From positions 1 through 64,000 of the forward strand of contig JAZDOG010000100.1 in NCBI GenBank assembly GCA_043798915.1: DNA of 64,000 bases, in the 5' to 3' direction. A program made the position numbers and the translations under genes. This document shows, piece after piece, positions 49,378 to 58,342 of the stretch; position 1 is the stretch's first letter; each line of letters opens with the position of its first letter. A model generated the notes under the pieces. The model worked only from the letters and a program-made list of their open reading frames with translations, had not been told where the DNA came from and ran no database searches. This DNA comes from Pseudomonadota bacterium. Its GTDB lineage: Bacteria > UBA10199 > 2-02-FULL-44-16 > JAAZCA01.

Positions 49378-50769
49378 ATGGCGGAGAAAGACATCGAGAG
49401 CAAAACCGAGCTTCTCAAGATCGACGATATCCCGGACGTCGTCTCGCTGCGCAAGTGCCAGATGGTCGTCGTCGACGGCCCGAGCCGCGGCAAAAAGCTC
49501 ACGCTCAACAAGAACCTGACAAAGATCGGCAAGCGCGAGACCAACGACATGGTGGTCACAGACAAGACGGTCTCACGGAATCACCTGGAGATCGAGTACG
49601 CCTCCGACAGTTTCCTGCTGCGCGACCTGGGTTCGACCAACGGCACCTTCCTCAACGGATCGAAGGTCAAGGAGGCCTATCTCTCGCCGGGCGACCTCGT
49701 AAAGGTGGGCAACACGACCATGGAGTTTGTCGCCTTCGACGAGAAGGTGAAGATCGAACCGTCGGATCGCGAGGAATTCGGCCTCATGGTCGGCAAGAGC
49801 AGAAAGATGAGGCAGATTTTCTCGATACTTGAGAAAATATCGCCCACGCACGCGACAGTCATCATCGAGGGCGAAACCGGAACCGGCAAGGACCTGGTTT
49901 CCCGCGCCATCCACGAGAACAGCCAGCGCAAGGACAAACCCTTCGTGGTCTTCGACTGCTCCGCCGTTGCGCCTAACCTGATCGAGTCGGAGCTCTTCGG
50001 CCACGAGAAAGGCTCGTTCACCGGAGCCGTCAAGGCGCGCCGCGGCGCCTTCGAGGAGGCCAACACCGGGACGATATTCTTAGACGAGATTGGCGAGCTC
50101 ACTTCCGAACTGCAGCCGAAGCTCCTGCGCGCGCTGGAAAGCCGCGAGATCAAGCGCGTTGGAGGCAACGTGCCGGTCAAGATCGACGTCCGCGTGCTCT
50201 GCGCGACGAACAGGAATCTCCGGCGCGAGATAGAGGAAAACCGCTTCCGCGAAGATCTGTACTATCGCCTGTCGGTGGTGAAGGTCTCCCTGCCGTCCCT
50301 GCGGGACCGGCCCGAGGACGTCCCGGTCCTGGTGGAGCGATTTCTCACGGAGGGCAAGTTCAACCGGCTCGAGGACGGGAAACTCAAGGTGCTCAAAGTG
50401 GATGATGACGCCCTCAAGTTGCTCGCGCGCTATCAGTGGCCAGGAAATGTCAGGGAACTCTCGAACGTCATCGAGCGGGCCGTGTCGTTCGTGGACGGAG
50501 ACACGATAACCAAGTCGCACCTCGACTTCGTCTTCGCTGAGATGGCCCACGGTGAGGAGCACACCGAAAGGATGAAGGTCGACGCCGACATGCCGTTCAA
50601 GGACGCCAAGCAGCGCATCGTGGAGGACTTCGAAAAGGAATACCTCGTGGAGCTACTGGAGCGCTACAACCACAATCTCTCGAAGGCCGCGCGCGAGGCG
50701 CAGATCGACCGAAAACACCTGCGCAATCTGCTCAAAAAATACAACATACCTACCAAGGATGAAGATTAG
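49378..50769 (+). CDS. FHA-domain sigma54-dependent enhancer-binding protein
   Basis: FHA (IGK...VSRNH...DLGSTNGT), GETGTGKD, GSFTGA, FLDEIGE, WPGNVREL, C-terminal HTH. Confidence 0.95.
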   Translation: MAEKDIESKTELLKIDDIPDVVSLRKCQMVVVDGPSRGKKLTLNKNLTKIGKRETNDMVVTDKTVSRNHLEIEYASDSFLLRDLGSTNGTFLNGSKVKEAYLSPGDLVKVGNTTMEFVAFDEKVKIEPSDREEFGLMVGKSRKMRQIFSILEKISPTHATVIIEGETGTGKDLVSRAIHENSQRKDKPFVVFDCSAVAPNLIESELFGHEKGSFTGAVKARRGAFEEANTGTIFLDEIGELTSELQPKLLRALESREIKRVGGNVPVKIDVRVLCATNRNLRREIEENRFREDLYYRLSVVKVSLPSLRDRPEDVPVLVERFLTEGKFNRLEDGKLKVLKVDDDALKLLARYQWPGNVRELSNVIERAVSFVDGDTITKSHLDFVFAEMAHGEEHTERMKVDADMPFKDAKQRIVEDFEKEYLVELLERYNHNLSKAAREAQIDRKHLRNLLKKYNIPTKDED

Positions 50770-51305
50770 CGGCGCGCCCCGCGGTCGGCTTCGATCGATC
50801 GTTTGATCGCGATGACCAGAGAGCGCGCGCGGTTGGCCCACAGGTTTATGCCAGACATGTCGAGCAGGATGGCGTTTCTGAAATCTTCGGCGGCCTTTCG
50901 GTAGTTCTTGTGCCTGAGATATATTTCACCGCGGTTGACATAGGTCGGGACGTCCTTCGTGTTGAGCTTCAGCGCCTGCGAGTATTCCATGATCGCCTCG
51001 ATCGGGCGATCCATCTTCTGATGGACCGCGCCCATCATCGCGTGGAAATAGGCGTTCCTGTGGTCGAGGATGATGAGGCACTGAAATATCTTCTCCGCCT
51101 CATCGAGCCTGCCGTGCTTGAACTTCACGTGTCCCGCCTCGGAGAGGGCAAAGAGCTGCTCGCGCGATATTCCCTTCATCTCGGCCAGGCTCACGCGGTC
51201 CTCCAGGAACGCGTGGAGGAGCTCGGTCAGGTGCTTGCGCCTGGCAGGGGTCGGATCGATGATCTGAGTCCGCTTCTGTGGTTCGATTGTGCGTTCGTCG
51301 GTCAT
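50766..51305 (-). CDS. SycD/LcrH-like TPR T3SS chaperone
   Basis: SLAEMKGISREQL...AEKIFQCLIILD...GAVHQ...AIMEY; T3SS context. Confidence 0.8.
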   Translation of the reverse strand: MTDERTIEPQKRTQIIDPTPARRKHLTELLHAFLEDRVSLAEMKGISREQLFALSEAGHVKFKHGRLDEAEKIFQCLIILDHRNAYFHAMMGAVHQKMDRPIEAIMEYSQALKLNTKDVPTYVNRGEIYLRHKNYRKAAEDFRNAILLDMSGINLWANRARSLVIAIKRSIEADRGARR

Positions 51306-51320
51306 AAAAATTGTGCCTGA

Positions 51321-52238
51321 TTACTGCATGCGCATATTGGCGACAATCTGCCCTCTCCCCCTGTTTTGCTCTTCTATCGTGCTCTTGCCGAATTCGATGA
51401 GGCTTGCCGCGTCCTGCATCACCTTTTGCATGTCGGTCGTCAGAAGATTGAGCTGAAAGGCGCCGTCGCGCGTCTTGGACTGCGCTACCGTCAGATTCGC
51501 CGCATATCGGGGATCGCCGGGCGAGAGTTTATTCAGATCTCTTGCAATATTGTTGATCGAGTCGTTGACATGGGACATCTTCTTGCCGAGCCACGTCATC
51601 ATGACGCCGTCCTTCGTGGCTCTGACCTTGAGCAGCGCGATGACGGCAAACTCCGGAGCCGCAAGCCCCTGCTTGACCAGCGCAACGATCCTGTCTGTCT
51701 GCCGCTGGACCTCTTCCGACTTCGATTTATAGTCGCTCATCATCTGGGCGTCCATTATCTGGCTCCAGCTGTCGTCTAATAGTTGCTGCCAGTCGGAGAG
51801 CGTGCCCCGCGCTGTCGCGTCCAGGTCCTGCGAGGTCGTCGCGCCGGTCTTCCCGTCGGCCGATGTCACCGCATCCACCTTCATCGCCTTGAACTTGCCG
51901 TCCTGGCCCTTCAGAAAATCGCTCATCTGGCCGCTGAAGTATTCGCCCTCCTCCTTGCTCATGGAGGCCCCTCTATGGTGGACGGCTAGCTGGTTGATGT
52001 TCGGCTCCGGATAGGAGGCTTCCTGCGCCTTTATCTCCTGATCCTGGACGATCTGGCCCTTCCAGAACTTCCACTGGTTGGCGAAGAAGTCGCTGAAATC
52101 GCCTATCTTGAAGCTCTTCGATTTTGCGAAGACTTCGTAGATGTTGCCATGGCGCAGCGCCTCGACCATGTCCGACCGATCGAGCTGCGTTCTGACGTCT
52201 TTCTCCTGGACGCGGGATGCCCTGCCGATGTCAACCAC
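51321..52238 (-). CDS. Hypothetical helical protein, candidate T3SS substrate/translocator
   Basis: Lies between two SycD-like genes; Q/M/A-rich helical C-terminus; no signal peptide. Confidence 0.65.
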   Translation of the reverse strand: MVDIGRASRVQEKDVRTQLDRSDMVEALRHGNIYEVFAKSKSFKIGDFSDFFANQWKFWKGQIVQDQEIKAQEASYPEPNINQLAVHHRGASMSKEEGEYFSGQMSDFLKGQDGKFKAMKVDAVTSADGKTGATTSQDLDATARGTLSDWQQLLDDSWSQIMDAQMMSDYKSKSEEVQRQTDRIVALVKQGLAAPEFAVIALLKVRATKDGVMMTWLGKKMSHVNDSINNIARDLNKLSPGDPRYAANLTVAQSKTRDGAFQLNLLTTDMQKVMQDAASLIEFGKSTIEEQNRGRGQIVANMRMQ

Positions 52239-52251
52239 GGTTCACACCCTT

Positions 52252-52884
52252 TCAGCCCCTTTTGATCTTCCCCTTTTCTTCCTTGCGCACGCGCTCCATC
52301 TGCTGCATGAGCATCCGCGAGCGGTTGGCGAACTTGTCGGCGCCGCCCTTGTCCAGCGCGATCGCCTGCTTGAAGTCCTCCTCCGCTTCCTCGAAGAGCC
52401 CGTGCTGCATGAATATCTCGCCGCGGTTGGTGCGGCTCACGATGTCGTTCGGGTCGAGCTCGATGGCCTGCGTGTATTCGGCTATGGCCTCTCCATAGCG
52501 CCGCTGCCGCTGCAGGATCGATCCCATGACAGAATGGTAGTAGGCGTTGTTCCAATCGAGGACCGTGAGGACCTTGAAGATGCGCTCCGCATCTTCGTAG
52601 CGCCCAGACTTGAACTGCGTGAATCCGAACTCCGCCATCTGAAAGAGCATCTCGGGCGTGAAGTTGAAGAGCTCCGCCCAGTTCATCTTGCCGCCCAGGA
52701 AGTCCTGTATCTTTCTGGCGCCGCGCTCGATCTCATCGGGCGGAATGTCCTTGTACTGATCCTCGAGGGCCTTGAAAAAACGCTCCATCTCGGCCGCGGC
52801 GTCCTCCCGCGTCATGGGCTCGATGCCGATGGGAAACTCCCATTTCTTCCTGCCGCCTTTTTTTGCGCGTTTATTATCGGCCAT
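52252..52884 (-). CDS. SycD/LcrH-like TPR T3SS chaperone
   Basis: GFTQFKSGRYEDAERIFKVLTVLD...GSILQ...AIAEY. Confidence 0.8.
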   Translation of the reverse strand: MADNKRAKKGGRKKWEFPIGIEPMTREDAAAEMERFFKALEDQYKDIPPDEIERGARKIQDFLGGKMNWAELFNFTPEMLFQMAEFGFTQFKSGRYEDAERIFKVLTVLDWNNAYYHSVMGSILQRQRRYGEAIAEYTQAIELDPNDIVSRTNRGEIFMQHGLFEEAEEDFKQAIALDKGGADKFANRSRMLMQQMERVRKEEKGKIKRG

Positions 52885-52894
52885 TTTAAAATCC

Positions 52895-53030
52895 GTAACT
52901 ATTCAGCAGTGCGTCTTTCGAAATTCTCCCTCCCTTGATGGGAGGGAGTCAGAGGGAGGGTGACCACCCTCACCCCGACCCTCTCCCCTCAAGGGAGAGG
53001 GAAAAGAGTCGCAGACACCTGAATAATTAT
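52895..53030. repeat. REP/MITE-like element, family A copy 2, with imperfect terminal IRs
   Basis: gtaactattcag...ctgaataattat ends; 43-bp identity to 21768-21810. Confidence 0.85.
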
Positions 53031-53080
53031 AAAATACATTAAACACCCTGTTCCAGCAAGATTTTTCCCTGAGACAACGA

Positions 53081-53110
53081 GGCCCCGCCGTTTAAGGCGA
53101 GGCCCCCTTT
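53081..53110 (-). terminator. Probable terminator/stabilising hairpin after the 53140-54240 gene
   Basis: Minus strand: ggcctcgcc-ttaaac-ggcggggcc; U-tract weak. Confidence 0.55.
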
Positions 53111-53139
53111 TAGCGTCGCATCATGCTGCCGTCGTCATC

Positions 53140-54240
53140 CTACCCTCTTATCGTCGATACCGTCCTCTGGATCCTGCCGTTCGTCTCGAGGGCCGCCTTG
53201 GTGGTATTCGTGAGCGTCTCCACCACCTGCGCAAACTCCTCCATCATCTGGCTGATGAGCTTCTGAGAGGTCGCGATCGAGTCCGTCTCGCTCTTGACGA
53301 TGGTCATCGTCTTCATGAGCTCGTTCGAAGCGTTTGGGTCGTTGGCGTTGCTCGACATGCCCATGAGTTTGTTGGTCCACGAGCGCGAGAGGTCCTGGAG
53401 CTGGATCAGCTTCTGGCCCATCTCGATCTGCTGCTTGGCCTTGTCCTTGGAGATTATGTAGGTGATGAACTTCATGAACTGGTACATCGAGCCCATGTCC
53501 CCGGACTCCGCCATCTTTGCGAAGTAGAAGAAGAGCTGCATGAGCTGCTTGCCCTTGTTGGTGTCCTGATTGATCGCATCCCAGGAGTTCATGACGTTGT
53601 CCTGCACGTTCAGGGACTGAAGGTATGCGCTCGAATTGAACTGCTGCCCGCCCGCAGTCTGCGCTGCCCAGCCGGCCGGCGGGAACGTCGCCGCGCTGCC
53701 GCCGCCGCCCGTGGTCTGGGCCTTGGCGCCCGAGGCCTGTGAGCCTTCGCCGCCGGACTGCGTGTTGATCGTCGAGGCCTTCGCGCCGCTGCCTTCTTCC
53801 ATCGCAGCGGCCTTGTTGAACTCGGTCAGGTCGAAGAGCGACTTGTTGCCCGCCTTTGTAAAAAGCTTATTCGCGTTGTCGATCATCCCGCGAAGCTGTT
53901 CCTGCATTTTTTCGACCTCGGCCTCCGCAACCCCGTTCTTCTGCGCATCCTTGATCTTGGCGAGGAGTGAAGACATCTCCCCATTGAGGGTAGCCGCGGC
54001 TTTGGCATAAAGATCGACAACCCCGGCAGAGTCTGAAAGCTGTGTTTGCCCATTCATGCTACTGATCAAATCCTGGAGCTTTGCCGTATATATGACACGG
54101 CCCTGGTCGTCCGTGATATTCACAATCGCAGCAGGATCCCTGTTCGTAAGTTTCGTATACCACTTGTTCCACTCCTGATCGTCGATCCTGCCATCGCCGG
54201 AGGTATCTATCTGAGCGCTGCGAACCTGAATGTCTGACAT
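53140..54240 (-). CDS. Hypothetical protein with EF-hand-like loop, candidate T3SS substrate/filament
   Basis: AGGAGG RBS before MSDIQVRS (54240); DTSGDGRIDDQE loop; Gly-rich linker; helical C-terminus. Confidence 0.7.
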   Translation of the reverse strand: MSDIQVRSAQIDTSGDGRIDDQEWNKWYTKLTNRDPAAIVNITDDQGRVIYTAKLQDLISSMNGQTQLSDSAGVVDLYAKAAATLNGEMSSLLAKIKDAQKNGVAEAEVEKMQEQLRGMIDNANKLFTKAGNKSLFDLTEFNKAAAMEEGSGAKASTINTQSGGEGSQASGAKAQTTGGGGSAATFPPAGWAAQTAGGQQFNSSAYLQSLNVQDNVMNSWDAINQDTNKGKQLMQLFFYFAKMAESGDMGSMYQFMKFITYIISKDKAKQQIEMGQKLIQLQDLSRSWTNKLMGMSSNANDPNASNELMKTMTIVKSETDSIATSQKLISQMMEEFAQVVETLTNTTKAALETNGRIQRTVSTIRG

Positions 54241-54309
54241 ATCGTCCTCCTTCTGCTGCCGGATTCTATCCGGCCGGTGGCATATTTTACCACCGTCGAC
54301 CTTCTTATA

Positions 54310-54325
54310 TGCAAGCGGGATGCCA
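54310..54325 (-). promoter_or_regulatory. sigma54 (-24/-12) promoter
   Basis: Minus strand TGGCAT-CCCGC-TTGCA, 70 nt upstream of ATG 54240. Confidence 0.8.
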
Positions 54326-54467
54326 AGTCTTCCCCGGTCAACGATAAGACGGAGACCCAAATAAACCCTTGTTTTTAATCTAGTTATCGTCAGACGGAGC
54401 AAAGTATGCGGTCGATAGAAACCGGGGCTGGCTTACTGACTGGGGTGAGGACCCCCCGTTTATGGGG

Positions 54468-55376
54468 TCAGGGAACGGTCTGGACAGAGGGCGCGCCATC
54501 TTCAGGCGCGGGCAGCCCATCCTCGGGCATCGGGGCCTCGGGCGCACCCGGCGGGACCTTCCCCTGGAGGAGCTCGATCACCTGATCGGCATATCTGTTG
54601 GATTTGACGGCATAGAAATGGATCTGGTCGCCGATGATCGTGAGCGAAATGAAGAGCAGGAGGATGCCGACATACCCCTTCACGTGAAATCCCAGCTCCC
54701 AGACGTTGATCTGCGGCGCGACGCGGTTTGCGATGCCCAGTATTATGTCTGCAAGAAAGATAGCGATGATCACCGGCGCCGCCATCTGCAGCGAGATGTA
54801 GATCACCTCGCCCGTGATCCTCATGAAGAGGTCCATCAGCGGGAAAAACCCGGGGCCAGCGATCGGCAAGCCGAGCACCGGCAAAGTTTTGAAGCTGCCG
54901 AAGCAGGAATCCAGAAAGGCGAGGTGCCCTCCGAGGACGAGATAGAGGACTACCCCCAGCTGGAAGAGGAATACGCCCGACATCGACGCCTGCTCCCCGA
55001 GCTGGGGTATGAGGAGCCGCGCGATGGACATGCCGCGCTGGTTGTCGATCATCTGTCCCACGGCGGCGAAGGCGTGGAAGATGAAGGACACGGACATGCC
55101 TATCGAGAGGCCGTAGAATATCTCCTTGAGATAGAGGACCACGAGGGCGAGCAGGTCCTGCGAGAGATTCGGAGGGGTCTTCGGGACGATGTGCGGGTAA
55201 ACGAAGATGGCCAGCACTATCGACGCCCCGACCACGACATATTTCGGCACCGGCTTGCCGAAAAGGAATGGAATGACCGACGCCATCATGAGCACCCTGA
55301 CCCAGATGAGCGACAGGAAGATCAGATGGAACGTAACATTGATATTGACGCCGATTTTGCCGAGGAAGTCTTGCAT
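54468..55376 (-). CDS. sctT: T3SS export apparatus SctT/FliR
   Basis: GQMIDNQRG, GGHL, MAAP..AIFLADIILGIANRVAPQINV. Confidence 0.92.
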   Translation of the reverse strand: MQDFLGKIGVNINVTFHLIFLSLIWVRVLMMASVIPFLFGKPVPKYVVVGASIVLAIFVYPHIVPKTPPNLSQDLLALVVLYLKEIFYGLSIGMSVSFIFHAFAAVGQMIDNQRGMSIARLLIPQLGEQASMSGVFLFQLGVVLYLVLGGHLAFLDSCFGSFKTLPVLGLPIAGPGFFPLMDLFMRITGEVIYISLQMAAPVIIAIFLADIILGIANRVAPQINVWELGFHVKGYVGILLLFISLTIIGDQIHFYAVKSNRYADQVIELLQGKVPPGAPEAPMPEDGLPAPEDGAPSVQTVP

Positions 55377-55391
55377 GATTTTGGCTGTCAG

Positions 55392-55658
55392 CTAATGCAC
55401 ATACGTCGCGAAGGAGCCGTAGATCGAGGCGGTGAATGCAACGAGCTGCGCGAGCATCCATGGCCCCGCGATGGCCAGCGTCGCGACGATCGCGAAGAGC
55501 TTGGGCACAAACGTGAGGGTCTGCTCCTGGATCTGCGTCGTCGCCTGCAGGATGCTGATGGTGAGGCCGACGAGCATGGCGACCAGCACCGGCGGCCCCG
55601 TGAGGACAAGCGCCAGAAACAGCGACTGCTTTGCGACGGCGATAAAATATTCAGGCAT
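55392..55658 (-). CDS. sctS: T3SS export apparatus SctS/FliQ
   Basis: VGLTISILQATTQIQEQTLTFVPK; start MPEYF at 55658. Confidence 0.93.
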   Translation of the reverse strand: MPEYFIAVAKQSLFLALVLTGPPVLVAMLVGLTISILQATTQIQEQTLTFVPKLFAIVATLAIAGPWMLAQLVAFTASIYGSFATYVH

Positions 55659-55663
55659 AGCGA

Positions 55664-56434
55664 TCAAACATACCCAAGGATCAGGCCCTTTGCGATGATA
55701 TGCCACCCGTCCACCAGGACGAAGAGCAGCAGCTTGAACGGCAGCGAAATCGTGATCGGCGAGATCTGGAACATGCCCAACGACAGCAGGATGTTGGCGA
55801 TCACGAGATCGATCACGAGGAACGGCAAAAAGATGATGAAGCCTATCTGGAAGGCCTCCGAGAGTTCGCTCACGACGAACGCGGGCACGATGTTGATGAA
55901 GTCCTGATCGGTGATCTCCGCCCTGTCTTCGTCCGTGGTCCGGAGTTTCAGCGCCAGGCTGTAGAAGAGGGTGCGCTCGGCCGGGTGCACGTGCTTGAGC
56001 AGGAACTTCCTCACCGGCTCCTTGGCCTCTCCCGCGCCCTTGGCCAGGAGCTGGATGGAGACCTGCGAGAGGAGGGGCTGATTCGTCCCCTGGTTTATCG
56101 TCTCGCCGGCGGCGCGGTAGACGTCGTAGCCCACCGGGACCATGATGTAGATCGTGAGGATCATCGCCAGCCCCGTGATGACGATGTTGGGAGGAACCTG
56201 CTGAGTGCCGATGGCATTCCTTATGAGAGACAGGACCACCGCGATCTTGACGAACGAGGTGATCATCATGATCAGGATCGGCACCATCGCCAGGACTGCG
56301 AGCACTATGAGCAAAACCAGCGGCTTCGAGATGCCCACGGAACCGGCCTGAGCATACGCAACCCCGGACAGCCCCAAACCCGCGAGCGACGTCAGGGAGC
56401 AAATCACCAGTTTCTTTTTCTTGTTCGCTTTCAT
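55664..56434 (-). CDS. sctR: T3SS export apparatus SctR/FliP
   Basis: TSFVKI, GTQQVPPN, PAFVVSEL..AFQIGF, ISLPFKLLLFVLVDGW. Confidence 0.95.
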   Translation of the reverse strand: MKANKKKKLVICSLTSLAGLGLSGVAYAQAGSVGISKPLVLLIVLAVLAMVPILIMMITSFVKIAVVLSLIRNAIGTQQVPPNIVITGLAMILTIYIMVPVGYDVYRAAGETINQGTNQPLLSQVSIQLLAKGAGEAKEPVRKFLLKHVHPAERTLFYSLALKLRTTDEDRAEITDQDFINIVPAFVVSELSEAFQIGFIIFLPFLVIDLVIANILLSLGMFQISPITISLPFKLLLFVLVDGWHIIAKGLILGYV

Positions 56435-56784
56435 CGAGCGTTAATCGGATTGCCGTTTTTGGCCTCCGACTCGGAAATCTCAGCGACGAGGCTTATACCA
56501 TGATCCGCAACTCCTATCACCAAATATCTTCCGCCAACCTGAACCAGGTAGAGCGACTTCCTCGGCTCCAGCATGTGGCGCCCGAGAATATTGAAATAGC
56601 GCCCCTGCTGGAAGCGCTTCATGGCGCCGATGCGCGGCGCGGCGTACTTGAGGATCAGGATTGCAGAGACGCTAACGATCCCGAGGACGAGGAGCATCTT
56701 GATGAAGAGCCACGTGAAATCCACGGCGTTCGAGCCGGTCGGCTCCACCGTAGGAATTTGAGCCAGCATCAAAGCTATATTCAT
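56431..56784 (-). CDS. FliO-like protein
   Basis: One TM, then ILGRHMLEPRKSLYLVQVGGRYLVIGV. Confidence 0.8.
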   Translation of the reverse strand: MNIALMLAQIPTVEPTGSNAVDFTWLFIKMLLVLGIVSVSAILILKYAAPRIGAMKRFQQGRYFNILGRHMLEPRKSLYLVQVGGRYLVIGVADHGISLVAEISESEAKNGNPINAR

Positions 56785-56806
56785 CGGTTATCTCACATGG
56801 CACAGC

Positions 56807-56871
56807 TGTCATTCCCGCGAAAGCGGGAATCCCGTGGATACAATGGGATTCCTGCTTTCGCAGGAATGACA
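56807..56871. repeat. REP-like inverted pair (GTCATTCCCGCGAAAGCGGGAATC family)
   Basis: tgtcattcccgcgaaagcgggaatccc...gggattcctgctttcgcaggaatgaca. Confidence 0.85.
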
Positions 56872-56901
56872 AAATACGTGCCCATTATTGGTTAAAGATC
56901 A

Positions 56902-57384
56902 TTAACGCACCATTTTGAGAATGCGCACGCCCATCTTCCCTTCCATCTCGACTAACTCGCCGCGGGCGATAAGCCTGCCGTTTGCGACGAGATCGACGGT
57001 CTCCCCGGGCGCCCGCCCCAGGTCGACGACCTGGCCCACGCGATATTTGATGAGCGCGCCCACATCGGTCGTCATCTTGCCGATCACCGCCACGAGGTTC
57101 ACTGGAACATCGGGGGCGAGTTCGGCGAGCTCGTCTGCAAGCGTGCGCGCGGCGGTTGTGCCATCGGATACCGGCGGCTGCGCGCGGACCTCCGGCGAAA
57201 GGCCGGAGATCGGCTCGTCCATGCCAGTCATTTCCTCATTCTCACCCACTATCGTATTCCCGGGGAGAAGGCCCTCCTCCTCATGTGCCGGGGCAGGGAG
57301 GCTCGCGTCCTCTTCCATTTCCTCAAAGGCCTCGAAGTCCTGGCTTTCGAGCGTTTCCGATGTCTTCTCGTTGCTCTTCTTCAT
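56902..57384 (-). CDS. FliN/SctQ C-terminal (SpoA) protein with acidic N-terminus
   Basis: DVPVNL..IG...VDLVANGRLIARGELVEMEGKMGVRI; start MKKSNE at 57384. Confidence 0.88.
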   Translation of the reverse strand: MKKSNEKTSETLESQDFEAFEEMEEDASLPAPAHEEEGLLPGNTIVGENEEMTGMDEPISGLSPEVRAQPPVSDGTTAARTLADELAELAPDVPVNLVAVIGKMTTDVGALIKYRVGQVVDLGRAPGETVDLVANGRLIARGELVEMEGKMGVRILKMVR

Positions 57385-57385
57385 G

Positions 57386-58312
57386 TCAATCTCCCTTATG
57401 GATGCCGGATATGCTGCAGAGGACGCGCTTATCGTCGACTGCCACTTGAGCATCGATGCCGCCGTGCAGGCCGTCGCCCACCCTGAGGACCACCGAACCC
57501 GACGGGCGGCCGTCCTCGAACACCATGGAGCTTTGATCGAAGATGATCACGTCCCCGTCCTCAAGCTCGGCCAGGTCAGATGCGGCAAGCGTCGTCCTGC
57601 CGGCCTCCGCCCACAGCGGCGAGCGGATGTAGCCGAAACGGGCAAGCTGCCCCGCCCTCCAGTCGCGCTCTCCCTTTCTGATCTCGCCCGGAGCCTCCAC
57701 GCAGAGCATCCCCTCTTCGACGAACGGATCCGGAAGCGCGAGCCTCACGAAACCGGAATGCGACCCCAGCGCGACGCGGAAGGTGAGGACCGCTACGCCG
57801 TCCTCCGCCCCGGCCAGATCGCGCATCTCGTGCGGCCCGAAGGCGAAGCGATCGAAGCGGAAATGGACGCGCGCGTCCTTCCCGCAGAGCCTGTGGATGT
57901 GCGCCATGATCTGGAGGATCAGATATTCAAGCACCCCCTGCTCCGTGTCCGAGAGGACGCGCGGCTCAGGATAAGTCTCCGTCCGGCCGCCCAGGAGCCG
58001 CTCCACGGCAAGCTGGGCCAGCGGCGAATCGATCTCCACGATCGCCCCGCGCGAGAGTGGGGCAAGCCCCACGACCGCCATGACCGCCGGCTGCGGTATC
58101 TTCGACAGGAATGAAGAATAGGTCTCCTGGTGAACCGCCGATAGCTGAAACGAGAATTCCTCGCCGACGTGCCGCGCTATGGCCTCGCCGACGCCCTTGG
58201 CAAAACCCTCGCGGAGACCAGTGGCCGGCAGATATTCGTGGACGGCGCGCAACAGTTCCTGTTCGCGCCTGGAAACTTTCTTGAGCCTGAAATGGAAAGG
58301 TTTGGTGGCCAT
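57386..58312 (-). CDS. FliM/SctQ-like C-ring protein
   Basis: VERLLGG...LSDTEQ (FliM middle-like); C-terminal SpoA (LAELEDGDVI). Confidence 0.8.
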   Translation of the reverse strand: MATKPFHFRLKKVSRREQELLRAVHEYLPATGLREGFAKGVGEAIARHVGEEFSFQLSAVHQETYSSFLSKIPQPAVMAVVGLAPLSRGAIVEIDSPLAQLAVERLLGGRTETYPEPRVLSDTEQGVLEYLILQIMAHIHRLCGKDARVHFRFDRFAFGPHEMRDLAGAEDGVAVLTFRVALGSHSGFVRLALPDPFVEEGMLCVEAPGEIRKGERDWRAGQLARFGYIRSPLWAEAGRTTLAASDLAELEDGDVIIFDQSSMVFEDGRPSGSVVLRVGDGLHGGIDAQVAVDDKRVLCSISGIHKGD

Positions 58313-58342
58313 GTCGTATCGCGTGATGCGTGACGGAATATA

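Noticed and set aside
52874..52881. GCCGATAA FliA-type -10 box on the minus strand
   Set aside because: Lies inside the first codons (ATG GCC GAT AAT) with no correctly spaced TAAA -35.
54241..54402. N-terminal extension of ORF 53140-54402
   Set aside because: A strong AGGAGG RBS and the sigma54 promoter lie inside it, so ATG 54240 is the better start.
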